From the NCBI GenBank assembly GCA_037137535.1, contig JBAXKC010000003.1:64001-128000 (forward strand): a DNA stretch of 64,000 nt. Reading direction: 5' to 3'. The stretch comes from a bacterium (lineage in GTDB: Bacteria; Cyanobacteriota; Vampirovibrionia; Gastranaerophilales; JBAXKC01). Shown piece after piece: positions 8,815-19,431 of this stretch. The notes under the pieces are model-generated. The model did no database searches. It saw only the letters and a program-made list of their open reading frames with translations, and had not been told where the DNA came from. Every line of letters begins with the position of its first letter. Positions within the stretch are counted from its first letter, which is position 1. A program made the translations under genes and the position numbers.

Positions 8815-11481
8815 ATGCAAAATCTTTCAACTACATATAATCCACAAGAAACAGAAAATAAAATCTATACTTTTTGGGAAGAAAATGACTGTTTCAAGGC
8901 AGATGCAAGCAGTGATAAACCAGCATACAGCATGGTTATTCCACCGCCTAACGTAACAGGCGTTTTACACATGGGGCATGCTCTTGACGGTACAATGCAG
9001 GATATTCTTATCAGATACCACAGAATGATGGGCTATGAAGCTCTATGGCTTCCCGGTACAGACCATGCAGGAATTGCAACTCAAAATGTAGTTGAAAAAA
9101 AACTCAGAGATGAAGGTCTTTCAAGGCATGATCTCGGCAGGGAAAAATTTATTGAAACAGTATGGACTTGGGCAAATGAGCATAAAAGTAAGATATTAAA
9201 CCAATTTAAAAGACTGGGGGCTTCTTTTGACAGATCAAGAGAGCGTTTTACTCTTGATGAAGGTTGTTCTGAAGCAGTAAAGCATGTTTTTGTTGACCTG
9301 TATAACAAAGGGCTTATTTATAAAGGGCAATACACAGTAAATTGGTGTCCTAGATGTCATTCAGCTATCAGCGATATAGAAACCGAATACGTTACAGAAC
9401 AAGGTCATTTATGGGAAATAAGCTATCCTTTAAAGGATGAATTCGGTGCAATTGTTATTGCAACTACAAGACCTGAAACTATGTTCGGAGATGTGGCAAT
9501 TGCCGTTAATCCTAACGATTACAGATATAAATCCTTTATTGGAAAAACAGTTTCTATTCCATTATCAGGAAAAGAAATTCCGATTATTGCAGATGAAGCT
9601 GTAGAAATGGATTTTGGAACAGGAGCTTTAAAAATTACACCTGCTCATGATCCTAATGATTATGAAGTCGGTAAAAGACATGGATTTGAGCCTGTTTGGA
9701 TTATGGATACAGAAGCAAAGCTTATTGACAGACAAGATATTCCTTATGACGTAAGGGGTTATGATAGATACGAAGCAAGGGCAAAAATCATTGAGCTTCT
9801 TAAAATTAGAGGTCAGCTTATAAGAACTATTCCTCATGAACATAACGTAGGTCATTGTCAGAGATGTAGCGAAACTATTGAGCCTTATCTTTCTGAACAA
9901 TGGTTTGTCAAAATGACACCGCTTGCTGAAAGACCTGTAAATGCTATAAAAACAGGCGAATTGAATTTTATTCCTGAAAGATGGACAAAAACTTATCTTG
10001 ACTGGATGGAAAATATTAGAGATTGGTGCATAAGCAGACAATTATGGTGGGGGCATCAAATTCCTGCATTTTATTGTGATGATTGTAAGGAAATGATGGT
10101 ATCAATAGAAAGACCTTCAAAATGTACTAAATGTAGTTGCACAAATATTACTCAGGACAGCGATGTTCTTGATACATGGTTCTCTTCAGCTCTATGGCCG
10201 TTTTCAACAATGGGTTGGCCTGATTTTGAAAGTGCTGATTTTAAAAAGTTTTATCCAACCTCAACACTTGTAACAGGATTTGACATTATCTTTTTCTGGG
10301 TAGCAAGAATGGTTGTAATGGGTTATCACTTTACCGATAAATCACCGTTTGAAAATGTATTTATTCATGGACTTGTAAGAGATGAGCATGGACAAAAAAT
10401 GAGTAAATCAAAAGGAAATACAATAGATCCGGTTGAAGTTATAGACCAATACGGTTGTGATGCCTTAAGATTTACGCTTACAAACCTTGTAACCTACGGT
10501 GGACAGGATATTAAAGTTTCAAACGAACGCTTTGAATTCGGTAGAAACTTTGCAAATAAAATCTGGAACGCTTCAAGATTTGTGCTTATGAACCTTGAAG
10601 GGGTTGATCAAAATCCTATCAACTTTGAAAACCTAACTATTGTAGATAAATGGGTGCTTCATAAATTAAACGAAGCGTCTGATTTAATGAATAAAAACAT
10701 TAAAACTTTCCGCCCCGGTGAAGCAAGCAGTATAATTTATGAGTTTTTCTGGAATACCTATTGTGATTGGTATGTTGAGCTTGCAAAAGTTCAGCTTCAA
10801 GATGAAAACCTTAAAGCAAATACTCAAAGAGTGTTAAAATATGTTCTTGAAAAAACTTTAAGACTGCTTCATCCTGTAATGCCACATATTACAGAGGAAA
10901 TTTGGCAAATATTACCTGCTGATGACCTTAAAGACGGTTTAGTCAGTATAATGAAAGCTGATTATCCTCAATTTAACGAAAGTTTTGTAAATGTTGAATC
11001 TGATAAAGCGATGGACTTTATTATTGAAGCCGTAAGAAATATTAGAAATGCCAGACAAACTTTGAATATTGCACCTTCAGTTCGCATAAAAACCTTTATA
11101 TATGCTCAGGACAGTTTTGAATATGCAACATTAGAAGCGGCTAAACCTTATCTTTCAACGCTTGCAAAAATTGAGGAATTCAATATATCAAACGAAGAAT
11201 GCAGGGAAATACCGCCTCAATCAGCAACAGCCGTTGTAGGAAGTTCAAAAATTATCATTCCTCTTGCTGGACTTATTGATATTGAAAAAGAAACTGCAAG
11301 ACAGAATAAAAAGCTTGAAACCCTTGTAAAAGAGCTTAACAGTCTTGAAGGACGCATGAAAAACGAGAAATTTGTGAGTAATGCTCCTGCTGATGTTCTT
11401 GAACAAACCCGCTCGAGAATTGAAGAAATTAAAGTTCAATCAACAGCAATTAATGAGCTTTTGGCTTCGTTAAAAGGTTAA
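8815..11481 (+). CDS. valS: Valyl-tRNA synthetase
   Basis: PPPNVTGVLHMGHA, DWCISRQLWWGH, KMSKS, C-terminal coiled coil ending FVSNAP. Confidence 0.98.
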   Translation: MQNLSTTYNPQETENKIYTFWEENDCFKADASSDKPAYSMVIPPPNVTGVLHMGHALDGTMQDILIRYHRMMGYEALWLPGTDHAGIATQNVVEKKLRDEGLSRHDLGREKFIETVWTWANEHKSKILNQFKRLGASFDRSRERFTLDEGCSEAVKHVFVDLYNKGLIYKGQYTVNWCPRCHSAISDIETEYVTEQGHLWEISYPLKDEFGAIVIATTRPETMFGDVAIAVNPNDYRYKSFIGKTVSIPLSGKEIPIIADEAVEMDFGTGALKITPAHDPNDYEVGKRHGFEPVWIMDTEAKLIDRQDIPYDVRGYDRYEARAKIIELLKIRGQLIRTIPHEHNVGHCQRCSETIEPYLSEQWFVKMTPLAERPVNAIKTGELNFIPERWTKTYLDWMENIRDWCISRQLWWGHQIPAFYCDDCKEMMVSIERPSKCTKCSCTNITQDSDVLDTWFSSALWPFSTMGWPDFESADFKKFYPTSTLVTGFDIIFFWVARMVVMGYHFTDKSPFENVFIHGLVRDEHGQKMSKSKGNTIDPVEVIDQYGCDALRFTLTNLVTYGGQDIKVSNERFEFGRNFANKIWNASRFVLMNLEGVDQNPINFENLTIVDKWVLHKLNEASDLMNKNIKTFRPGEASSIIYEFFWNTYCDWYVELAKVQLQDENLKANTQRVLKYVLEKTLRLLHPVMPHITEEIWQILPADDLKDGLVSIMKADYPQFNESFVNVESDKAMDFIIEAVRNIRNARQTLNIAPSVRIKTFIYAQDSFEYATLEAAKPYLSTLAKIEEFNISNEECREIPPQSATAVVGSSKIIIPLAGLIDIEKETARQNKKLETLVKELNSLEGRMKNEKFVSNAPADVLEQTRSRIEEIKVQSTAINELLASLKG

Positions 11482-11491
11482 GAGAAATAAT

Positions 11492-11531
11492 ATAAAACAA
11501 AAACCGCTCGCAAGGGTGGTTTTTGTTTTAT
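11492..11531 (+). terminator. Intrinsic terminator after valS
   Basis: ATAAAACAAAAACCGCTC-GCAA-GGGTGGTTTTTGTTTTAT hairpin with GNRA loop and T tail. Confidence 0.85.
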
Positions 11532-11561
11532 CATGACTGGTCTTTTAGTTTATAACAGGAG

Positions 11562-11879
11562 TTGCTAATAATGGCTTTTTTAGGGATTTTAGGTTTTAGT
11601 TTATTTTTGACAATAATTGTATTGATAATTACATCTATCATCACTTATTCACTTATAACTATGATTAAAGAAATAAAATTTATTCAAATATCATTATGGA
11701 ACTTATTTATTATACTTTTGTCTCAGTTTTTCCTTATAAGTCTTTTTCACTCTCCAAAAGAGTCCCCTCTTGGCTCTGCAATATTTCAAACAGCTATATT
11801 CTTTAGTTTTATGTTTTATTTAGCAATACCAATTTCATACATAATTTATTGTTCAAATAAAATAAATAAAACTTCATAA
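11562..11879 (+). CDS. Small hypothetical membrane protein (about 3 TM segments)
   Basis: Hydrophobic 105-aa ORF with upstream AGGAG; no recognisable family. Confidence 0.55.
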   Translation: MLIMAFLGILGFSLFLTIIVLIITSIITYSLITMIKEIKFIQISLWNLFIILLSQFFLISLFHSPKESPLGSAIFQTAIFFSFMFYLAIPISYIIYCSNKINKTS

Positions 11880-11946
11880 ATTTATCGCCGCAGTTCAAAA
11901 AAAAATTTGTTAAGTTCAATTAATAAGCATTAAGGAGCTTTTTGTG

Positions 11947-13389
11947 CTATTTCTCAACCATAGCAAGCTTTTCCATCATTCTGCCTGCCCAGAATTTATC
12001 GCTGATTTGAACAGCTGCGTTTAATGATTTTTTATAAAGCTTTGCCGCTTTATCTTTTTGTCCGCTTTGCATCATAATATCGCCTGATTGCTCATAGCTT
12101 TTTGCGTAGCCTGAAATATTTCCTGCCATAACATCAAATTTTACGGCTTTTGAATAATTTTCCAGAGCTTTTTTGTTATAGCCAAGATCTCTGAATACTC
12201 CTGCAACGTTGCTCAAGACGGAGGATTTTCCAACATTGTCATCAAGCTGGCTTACTAGTGAATAAGCAACTTTATAATAATTGAGAGATTTTTTATAATC
12301 GCCTTTTACTGCAAACATATTGCCGATGTTGTTGAGTGTAAGAGATTGTCCCTGAATATTTTCAGTTTGTCCGTCAAGACCTAAAGCCGCAAAATAATGC
12401 TGTAAGGCTAAGTCAACCTTGCCCACATCATCATAAAGTGTCCCCATATTATAATGAGCTTTTGACTGAATTTCGTTATCGCCAAGAGCTTTTCCCGTAA
12501 GAGCAGCACTATTATAATATTCTAGCGATAAAGGAATATTATTATTCATATCGTGCATGTAGGCTAAATCCATGTAGATTTTTGCTTCGGTTTTTAAGTC
12601 GCCGATATTTCTTGCAACTTGTAAAGCCTTGTCATAACCGGGCATGGCTTTTTCAAATTCGCCCGAATCAACAAGCGATTCAAGTTGCTGATAGACTTTT
12701 AAAAGTTCTGTATTACTTGCTGTTAGCTCAGGAACTACGGGTTTTGTCGGTTGCCCGAGGTCAGCTTTTCTTGTAGTTATTTCAGTTTTTGTAGCAGAGA
12801 GTTGAATTGGAGGTTCAACAGAGGGAGCTTCTTCAATTAACTCTTCATAAGAGTGCGGTTCGTACTTTGTAACAGGAGTTGTTATTGTCGGCTCAACTTT
12901 TGTTGTTTGTTCTGCTTTCCAATTAATATTTTGAAGGAAAAGCGCTTTTACCCAGTTAGATACTACATCAGACGGTTTTCCTAAACTATCTGTGATGAAA
13001 GTATCTAATACATTTGATGCGTTGAGTAAGTTTGATTTTATTATATTTACAGTAGGCTTTGGTTTTAGGGCTTGAATATGGACGAGATCAAGATAGCCGT
13101 TTACTTCTTTTTCAATTTCGGGCGTAACACCTATTGCGCCTAATGTATTTTTAAAATCCACTAAAATCTGATTAACAGTTATAACAGTGCTGTTGTAGTC
13201 TATTGAGCTTTTTCTGTTAGGGCTTTTAGAGCTGCTTTGTTCGTCCCCTGCCTTTGATAAGGAAGGGTTTTCACTTTGGACTTTTTGCTCAGCATTGTTT
13301 GTCTCAGAAGTTTCTGCTTTTTTTAGCGGTCTTCTGATAATCTGAGGTCCATATGGATTATTATAAAGTTGATTTACTCCGTTATACAA
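11947..13389 (-). CDS. Tetratricopeptide repeat protein with long N-terminal extension
   Basis: C-terminal TPR repeats (AHYNMGTLY, TLNNIGNMF, VLSNVAGVF); start moved to in-frame TTG 13389, which follows GAGGGA. Confidence 0.8.
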   Translation of the reverse strand: MYNGVNQLYNNPYGPQIIRRPLKKAETSETNNAEQKVQSENPSLSKAGDEQSSSKSPNRKSSIDYNSTVITVNQILVDFKNTLGAIGVTPEIEKEVNGYLDLVHIQALKPKPTVNIIKSNLLNASNVLDTFITDSLGKPSDVVSNWVKALFLQNINWKAEQTTKVEPTITTPVTKYEPHSYEELIEEAPSVEPPIQLSATKTEITTRKADLGQPTKPVVPELTASNTELLKVYQQLESLVDSGEFEKAMPGYDKALQVARNIGDLKTEAKIYMDLAYMHDMNNNIPLSLEYYNSAALTGKALGDNEIQSKAHYNMGTLYDDVGKVDLALQHYFAALGLDGQTENIQGQSLTLNNIGNMFAVKGDYKKSLNYYKVAYSLVSQLDDNVGKSSVLSNVAGVFRDLGYNKKALENYSKAVKFDVMAGNISGYAKSYEQSGDIMMQSGQKDKAAKLYKKSLNAAVQISDKFWAGRMMEKLAMVEK

Positions 13390-13823
13390 AGTACAACCGT
13401 CCCTCTTAGCTTCAGAGTCATAATTTAACCCTTTGCCATGCCCCAACAAATAAATGCTCAGCAAATAGCTGTTACTCTATATATAGTATCTCTTAAAACC
13501 CCAAAATCTTTTTACACCATATGGTTGATTTTTTAAATCATGTTGTATATCTTTTTACAAATTTACATTAAGGTTATAGATTATTTTAATGATTATTAGG
13601 AGGAAAGCAAAAAATCTTTCTGATTTAACACTTTATCTCTGATATAATCTGCCCGTAAGTTACTGATAATTTATGTATAGGTTTATTTTCAGAATTTTAA
13701 AATATATTTTACTGTGATTTTTATTACCTATTGGGGGTTAATAATAAATATTTAATAATTGTTTTTTTAGTATAAGCATATATATTTATTTGCATGATTA
13801 TTTGTATATTTATTTTAATATTT

Positions 13824-13850
13824 TAGCAATTTTTATTTTCAGTTACGTTT
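13824..13850 (+). promoter_or_regulatory. Putative alternative-sigma promoter TAGCAATTTTT...GTTT
   Basis: Similar bipartite motif recurs at 43581, 44200 and 44885, each upstream of an orphan gene. Confidence 0.45.
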
Positions 13851-13891
13851 GATTATGTGAAACTAACATAGAAAGAAGGAGGTTATTACAT

Positions 13892-14428
13892 ATGCAAATT
13901 AATACAACTCAAAATCACTATGCAAGTTCTTTAAATAAAAACAACCAACAAGTAGGTTTTGGTATGGCAAAAGTAGATTTAACAAAGGTTAAATATTTAA
14001 TGCCTAAAACTGCTGAGGGACAAAAAGCTTTAGCGAGTGCAGTAGAGGTTTTTGAAAAAACAACAGCAGGTATTAAAGGTACTGTAGAATTAAACGTAAA
14101 GTCTTTAGACAGATATGCAAAAGAAGGAGCTAAAAGATCAGATGGTTTAGTTCAATATGCAGATGAAGGTCGCAGAGTAAGCGTAGGATCATTTAAACAA
14201 AAAATTAGTGCAATATTTAAGCCGGAAGAAAATAAGGGCTTATTTAATCTAGGAAACAAAAAAGTACCTCAAATTCAAATAGAAGAATTAAATCGCTCTC
14301 CAATCGTTCAAGAAAGTGATTTTAATCTTGGTGCCTTTGCTCGTCAAGATAAAGACTGGCAGGAAAATGGGTTAACAGGAGCTGTAAAAAATCTTGCAAA
14401 CGCTTTGAGCAAAGCGATTGGTAGATAA
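13892..14428 (+). CDS. Orphan protein with polar N-terminus ending in QQVGFG
   Basis: Strong SD AAGGAGG, own terminator, 178-aa ORF; no Sec signal peptide and no recognisable domain. Confidence 0.8.
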   Translation: MQINTTQNHYASSLNKNNQQVGFGMAKVDLTKVKYLMPKTAEGQKALASAVEVFEKTTAGIKGTVELNVKSLDRYAKEGAKRSDGLVQYADEGRRVSVGSFKQKISAIFKPEENKGLFNLGNKKVPQIQIEELNRSPIVQESDFNLGAFARQDKDWQENGLTGAVKNLANALSKAIGR

Positions 14429-14505
14429 AACACTAAACGAATTCAAGAAAAAGTATCTAAATATTTATTAGAAATACTTTTATATTGATAATCTAATTTT
14501 TATAT

Positions 14506-14549
14506 AAAAAGAGGCTGTTCCAAAAGTAAAAAGTAACAGCCTCTTTTTT
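14506..14549. terminator. Bidirectional terminator
   Basis: AAAAAGAGGCTGTT...AACAGCCTCTTTTTT between convergent genes. Confidence 0.75.
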
Positions 14550-14610
14550 GTAGGGTTCATTATATTTAAAATAATTTTCTTATATAAATTATTTTGTCAA
14601 GTTTAAAGCA

Positions 14611-16344
14611 TTAATTTTCTATTTTTATTCTTTCTTGAGGAGATATTTCTATTGGTTCAGACTGATTTTTAATATATTCAGTTACTGCATCAGACATTGT
14701 CCAATCAAATATATTCATAACTCTATCTTCTTGATTAAGCATCTTATATCCAATAGATCCTGCAAATAAATAACCGTCATAAGCTACTGAGAATTTATGT
14801 GTAGGTTTATATTCGGAAAGATTTTTATCTGTGCCATCAGGTTGTTCTATAAAAATTTGAGAAACTTTATTATTACTATCGAGTTTGTATTTTAACCCCG
14901 AAGTTTGTAAATATTCAGGCTTTGTGGAAAGAGTAGAAGCTCCATGGTCTATTGCCTGTTTTATTTCATCTGCTGTTAATTCAACTTTATAAATTTTATT
15001 TTTAAACGGAAGTAATTCTTCAATTTCTCTTTTTGTTATAACTTGAACAGGTTCTGCGTTTTCCTCACTACCTATTTTGCCTCTGACTTTTGAATTATTA
15101 AAAAATGCTATATCAGCCCCTGCTTTGTGTTTAATTGCGTCTGCAACAAAACTTGCCAGAGGATTTTCAAGTTTTTGATTTTCGTTAATTATATTATTGA
15201 ATACTTTAAGTTTGCCTATATCTTTATTTTTTCCTAAAAATTTGTCTTTAAGCTCTTGAATAAGCGGGTCTTTTACTCTTTCTTTTATTTTATCCAGCTT
15301 ATTTCCAACGCTCCTTATCGAGCCGTGTTTATCAAATTCAACGTCTAATAACCCTGCATATTCGCCATTTTTTCCTGCTTGAGTAACGACAACTATATTA
15401 TTCTCAGAGTCTAAGAACATATTTTGTTCAGATTTTTCATACATGTTCGGCATTAAGGATAATAAATTTTCAGGTGAAGCGTTTTTAAATACATCATGAG
15501 AATGTCCGCCTAATATGACATCAATTCCCTTTAAATGTCCCTGCTTTATTTCGTTTATAAGCCCAATATCTGCCTGTTTTCCCAGGTGAGAAACAAGAAA
15601 TATTTTATTTATTCCTTGTTTTTTTAATTTATCAAGTTCATCGCTTATACTTTGAACAGTATCTTTGAAAATACCAAGTTTTAACCTTTCAAAAACAGCT
15701 TGAAACTTATCTGTTATGTTTTGATTTGAGAGAGGAGAAGGATGTTTAATTAATTCTGATAATTCTTTTTCTTTTTTTCTTAATTCTTGTTCTGATTTTC
15801 CGAGAGAAATCCCCGAAAGATCCGCATTACCACCTACAGCTTCTTTTAAATCCATAGGAGCAACCCCAATAAATCCATATTTATGACCATTTTGAATAGA
15901 AATATCAGATTTTACAATTTTATCTTTATGTTTATAAACAGGACTGTCTTTTTGGACTTCAGTATTTGCTGATAAAAACTTAAAATTTGCCCTTTCTAGT
16001 AAATCAGTAAAACCTTTTTCACCGTTATCAAGCTCATGATTGCCTAGAGCTGAATAGTCTAAGCCTATTTTATTTAAGCATTCTATCCATAAACGATTTT
16101 TAGGGACATCTGTATCAATACAATTATCACCGGAGGAAATTAAAAAAGTATCAACAGGCTGGTAGTAATTTTTGGCATCCTGTTTGAATTTGTCGGAAGA
16201 AATTTTAATTCCATCCATCTTGGATAACTGCCCATGAACATCGTTTATATACCAAATTTTTACATTGGCGGTTTCTTTTTTTTCTTCTTGCGAACGAGTA
16301 AAGAAACCTTTAAATGGTAATTTATCAGAATATGAATTAATCAT
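14611..16344 (-). CDS. Bifunctional metallophosphatase/5'-nucleotidase (UshA/CpdB-like)
   Basis: INDVHG, SGD, LGNHE, SHLG and GGHSH metallophosphoesterase motifs plus 5'-nucleotidase C domain (ADIAFFN, LLPFKN); start at ATG 16344 after GGGAG. Confidence 0.88.
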   Translation of the reverse strand: MINSYSDKLPFKGFFTRSQEEKKETANVKIWYINDVHGQLSKMDGIKISSDKFKQDAKNYYQPVDTFLISSGDNCIDTDVPKNRLWIECLNKIGLDYSALGNHELDNGEKGFTDLLERANFKFLSANTEVQKDSPVYKHKDKIVKSDISIQNGHKYGFIGVAPMDLKEAVGGNADLSGISLGKSEQELRKKEKELSELIKHPSPLSNQNITDKFQAVFERLKLGIFKDTVQSISDELDKLKKQGINKIFLVSHLGKQADIGLINEIKQGHLKGIDVILGGHSHDVFKNASPENLLSLMPNMYEKSEQNMFLDSENNIVVVTQAGKNGEYAGLLDVEFDKHGSIRSVGNKLDKIKERVKDPLIQELKDKFLGKNKDIGKLKVFNNIINENQKLENPLASFVADAIKHKAGADIAFFNNSKVRGKIGSEENAEPVQVITKREIEELLPFKNKIYKVELTADEIKQAIDHGASTLSTKPEYLQTSGLKYKLDSNNKVSQIFIEQPDGTDKNLSEYKPTHKFSVAYDGYLFAGSIGYKMLNQEDRVMNIFDWTMSDAVTEYIKNQSEPIEISPQERIKIEN

Positions 16345-16432
16345 TATTGTATTCTCCCACCTTAAAGTTAAAAACACATTAGATGAGCTGTCAAGATTTT
16401 TGTATAATTCTTATTGTAAGCGTTTTCAGTAA

Positions 16433-17617
16433 TTAATATTTCAATACAAAAGCTTTGTTCGTTGAATGCCTATAAGGAGGCACACGTCCCCCAGCAAATA
16501 AAACAGTATTATCTTTTAGTTGCGTTATTGTAGGAGCATAATGATTAGTATCATATTTAACCTTATAAAAAGTATTAGTTTTAGGTGAAAATATTTCTAT
16601 ATCAGTTTGTGAGCCTCTTAAGTGATTATATCCCCCAAAAATCAAGAAGTTCCCATTATTTAATAAGATTTCATCACTTCCCATTCTTGGTTTTGTCATA
16701 TTAGAATCGAACATAATAAATTTATTTAAAGCAGCATTATAATATTCACAACTGTTGAGAATTTTGTTATTCGTGTCTATTTCTTGTCCACCACATATTA
16801 AAACCCTCTTATCATTAAGTTTAACTACTATCCCACCCCTTCTTTGATAATTCATATCAGGACCTGAAGAATATGTTTCTGTTTTAGGATTAAAAATAAA
16901 TGTTTTTTTTCGTTCATAAGATATAACTAACACATTACCATTATCTAGATTAACCAGTGCCCCACTCCACCACCTTATGTCTTTAACAACAGTGTTAAAG
17001 GTATTATCTTTTGGATTATATATTTCTGTTGACGGGATATGCGAACCCACATCTTTTAACATTATTTTTCCATCATCAAGAATAAGTGGTATAAATCCAT
17101 TTATCATTTCATTTTGTGCTATTATCAGTTCTGGACCTTGGTAAAATTTATTAGTAATCGGATCATAAAATTCTGTAGTTCTAATACCAGCTTCGCCAGG
17201 CCCAGGTATATATCTTCCATTTGCATTAACAGTACCTGGTTTATCATCATCAGCCCATCCGCCAATAATAAAAACCCTTCCATCATTTAATAATACTGCA
17301 ACGGGTTTTTCTCTAGCAAAAAGCATATCAGGTCCCATAGTAAATTTTTTGGTTTTAGGATCGTATATTTCTGTACTTTTTAATGTTTGATGATTAAATG
17401 GCAAAGCACTGTTTCTACCCCCTATAATTAGTACACGTCCATCTTGTAGTAATGTAGCCGTATGTCTGCACCTGGCAATATTTAAGTTTCCTACTTTTTC
17501 AAATTTTAAATTATTGCTGTTTTCTGCGATTACACATCTACCTATACAAAACACTAAAACTAAAATACTAAATATAACAATATAGTTTTTGGTGATTTTG
17601 TTCATAATACACTCCAA
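16433..17617 (-). CDS. Secreted Kelch-repeat beta-propeller protein
   Basis: Signal peptide; repeats of R-x-x-H-TATLL-x-DGRVLIIGG...EIYDP type. Confidence 0.88.
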   Translation of the reverse strand: MECIMNKITKNYIVIFSILVLVFCIGRCVIAENSNNLKFEKVGNLNIARCRHTATLLQDGRVLIIGGRNSALPFNHQTLKSTEIYDPKTKKFTMGPDMLFAREKPVAVLLNDGRVFIIGGWADDDKPGTVNANGRYIPGPGEAGIRTTEFYDPITNKFYQGPELIIAQNEMINGFIPLILDDGKIMLKDVGSHIPSTEIYNPKDNTFNTVVKDIRWWSGALVNLDNGNVLVISYERKKTFIFNPKTETYSSGPDMNYQRRGGIVVKLNDKRVLICGGQEIDTNNKILNSCEYYNAALNKFIMFDSNMTKPRMGSDEILLNNGNFLIFGGYNHLRGSQTDIEIFSPKTNTFYKVKYDTNHYAPTITQLKDNTVLFAGGRVPPYRHSTNKAFVLKY

Positions 17618-17689
17618 TATCTAATTTACTAATAATTTTTATCAATACGCACTATTAATACCAAATAAATTATTTTAAATATTAATCAT

Positions 17690-17728
17690 AAAAAGCAAAA
17701 GCCGAATAATCATCGGCTTTTGCTTTTT
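17690..17728 (-). terminator. Terminator of the rny-ymdB-PHP unit
   Basis: AAAAAGCAAAAGCCGA-N7-TCGGCTTTTGCTTTTT perfect 16-bp inverted repeat. Confidence 0.85.
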
Positions 17729-17741
17729 TATATTGAATTTA

Positions 17742-18605
17742 TTATTTAGCAGCTATTTCTAAACGATTTTTTTCTTCTCTAAGTCCTGATATTACCCATT
17801 CAGGAATGAAATTTTTGCCTAAGAAAAGCTGTTTATTTGCTTTTGGCCCATGGCAGTCAGAACCGCCTGTTACTATAAGCCCGTATTCTTCGGTTAAAGT
17901 TGAATAATATTCAACCATAGCTGGAGAATGTTTTCTATGATAAACTTCAATTCCTCTAAGCCCAAAATTCATAAGATCTTTTACAAGGCTTTCCACATTT
18001 TCAAGATCGCATGGATGAGCAATTACAGGAATCCCGCCTGATTCATATATGGTTTCAACAGCTTCATGAGGAGAAACGGTTATTCTGCGTACATATGTAG
18101 GTGATTTATCGTTAATATACTTAGAATACGCTTCTAATACGCTTTTTGTACCGCCCACATTAACAATTGATTTGGCAATATGTGGTCTTCCGATGCTTCC
18201 GCCTTCCATTACAAGAGAAGTAACATCTTCAATTTTAATAGGCATTTTCGCTTCTTTATTTAATTTTTCAATTATTTTATAGGTCTGCTCAAGTCTTGCA
18301 TGCTGCTGATATTTTATCAGTTCGGCAAGTGGTTTTGCGTTTAGATTCATATGGTAACCCAATATATGAATTTCCTGCCCTTCCCAGATAGTGTTTACTT
18401 CAATACCCGGAATGATTTCCATTTGCTTGCCTGTTTGTGATTCCAATAAATCAGCATGCTTTTTTGCAAGCTCAAAAGAACCCACATTGTCATGATCTGT
18501 AATTGAAATAGCCGAAAGTCCTAATTCATAAGCCGCATCTACAATCTGTTCGGGCGTTAACGTCCCGTCAGAATAGACGCTGTGAATATGCAAATCCAAT
18601 TTCAA
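17742..18605 (-). CDS. PHP-domain phosphoesterase (YciV/RNase AM-like)
   Basis: DLHIHSVYSDG, ITDHD, PGIE, HILG, GRPH, AHP, TGGSDCHG. Confidence 0.9.
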   Translation of the reverse strand: MKLDLHIHSVYSDGTLTPEQIVDAAYELGLSAISITDHDNVGSFELAKKHADLLESQTGKQMEIIPGIEVNTIWEGQEIHILGYHMNLNAKPLAELIKYQQHARLEQTYKIIEKLNKEAKMPIKIEDVTSLVMEGGSIGRPHIAKSIVNVGGTKSVLEAYSKYINDKSPTYVRRITVSPHEAVETIYESGGIPVIAHPCDLENVESLVKDLMNFGLRGIEVYHRKHSPAMVEYYSTLTEEYGLIVTGGSDCHGPKANKQLFLGKNFIPEWVISGLREEKNRLEIAAK

Positions 18606-18624
18606 CTTTCTATCCTTTCATAAT

Positions 18625-19431
18625 TTATCCTACCTCTTTTATGTCTATTAATTCATTAATTCTTTTGATTTCTAAAGCATTGCCTGTTTTTGTGTCAATG
18701 CTTATTTTAACTCCGTTTATGCGGGTCCTTCCAATTTGAGCGACATCATATCTTTCAGGAAGACCTGTTATAAATCTTTTTAATGATCCTGCCATGTCCA
18801 TTCCTATTATGCTGTCAACAACAGAACAGCTTCCTGCGTCTGTAATATAAGCGGTAGTGCCGCTTAAAATGGTTTCATCTGCTGTCTGAACATGTGTATG
18901 TGTTCCCACAAGAACGCTAACACCCAATGATTGAGCATAATAGCCTAGTCCTATTTTTTCAGCGGTGGCTTCAGCGTGAAAGTCTACAAAAATTATCGGA
19001 GTTTGTTCTTTTAATCTTTTAACTTCAGTCTCCAATGCTTCCCATGGGCTTTCGTAAGGTGGCATGAATACTCTTCCTAATAAGTTTATTACACCTATTT
19101 TTATACCGTCTTTTTCAAATATTTCAGAACCTTTACCCGGTACTGTTTTAGAAAAATTTAACGGACGTAAAAGAGCAGGAGCTCTGTCTATATAATTAAA
19201 GATATCTTTTTTGTCCCAAATATGATTTCCCGAGGTTAAAATATCAATTCCCGCCTCGGTTAATTCATTATAATTTTTCTCCGTAAGACCGAAGCCATGC
19301 GAAGCGTTTTCAACGTTAGCTACAATAAAGTCAGGCTGTATTTCAAGCGCTGACAAGTATTGTTGAACTGCTATTCTGCCGGGTCTACCGACAATATCTC
19401 CTAAAAAGAGTATTTCTATGAGCGATTTCAT
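18625..19431 (-). CDS. ymdB: YmdB-family metallophosphoesterase (TIGR00282-like)
   Basis: [40 protein letters not shown]; directly downstream of rny. Confidence 0.93.
   Translation of the reverse strand: MKSLIEILFLGDIVGRPGRIAVQQYLSALEIQPDFIVANVENASHGFGLTEKNYNELTEAGIDILTSGNHIWDKKDIFNYIDRAPALLRPLNFSKTVPGKGSEIFEKDGIKIGVINLLGRVFMPPYESPWEALETEVKRLKEQTPIIFVDFHAEATAEKIGLGYYAQSLGVSVLVGTHTHVQTADETILSGTTAYITDAGSCSVVDSIIGMDMAGSLKRFITGLPERYDVAQIGRTRINGVKISIDTKTGNALEIKRINELIDIKEVG

Noticed and set aside
13395-13445. c-di-GMP-I riboswitch-like GGCAAA-stem-TGAAGCTAAG on the minus strand
   Set aside because: No GNRA tetraloop, no GACGCAAA and no second hairpin
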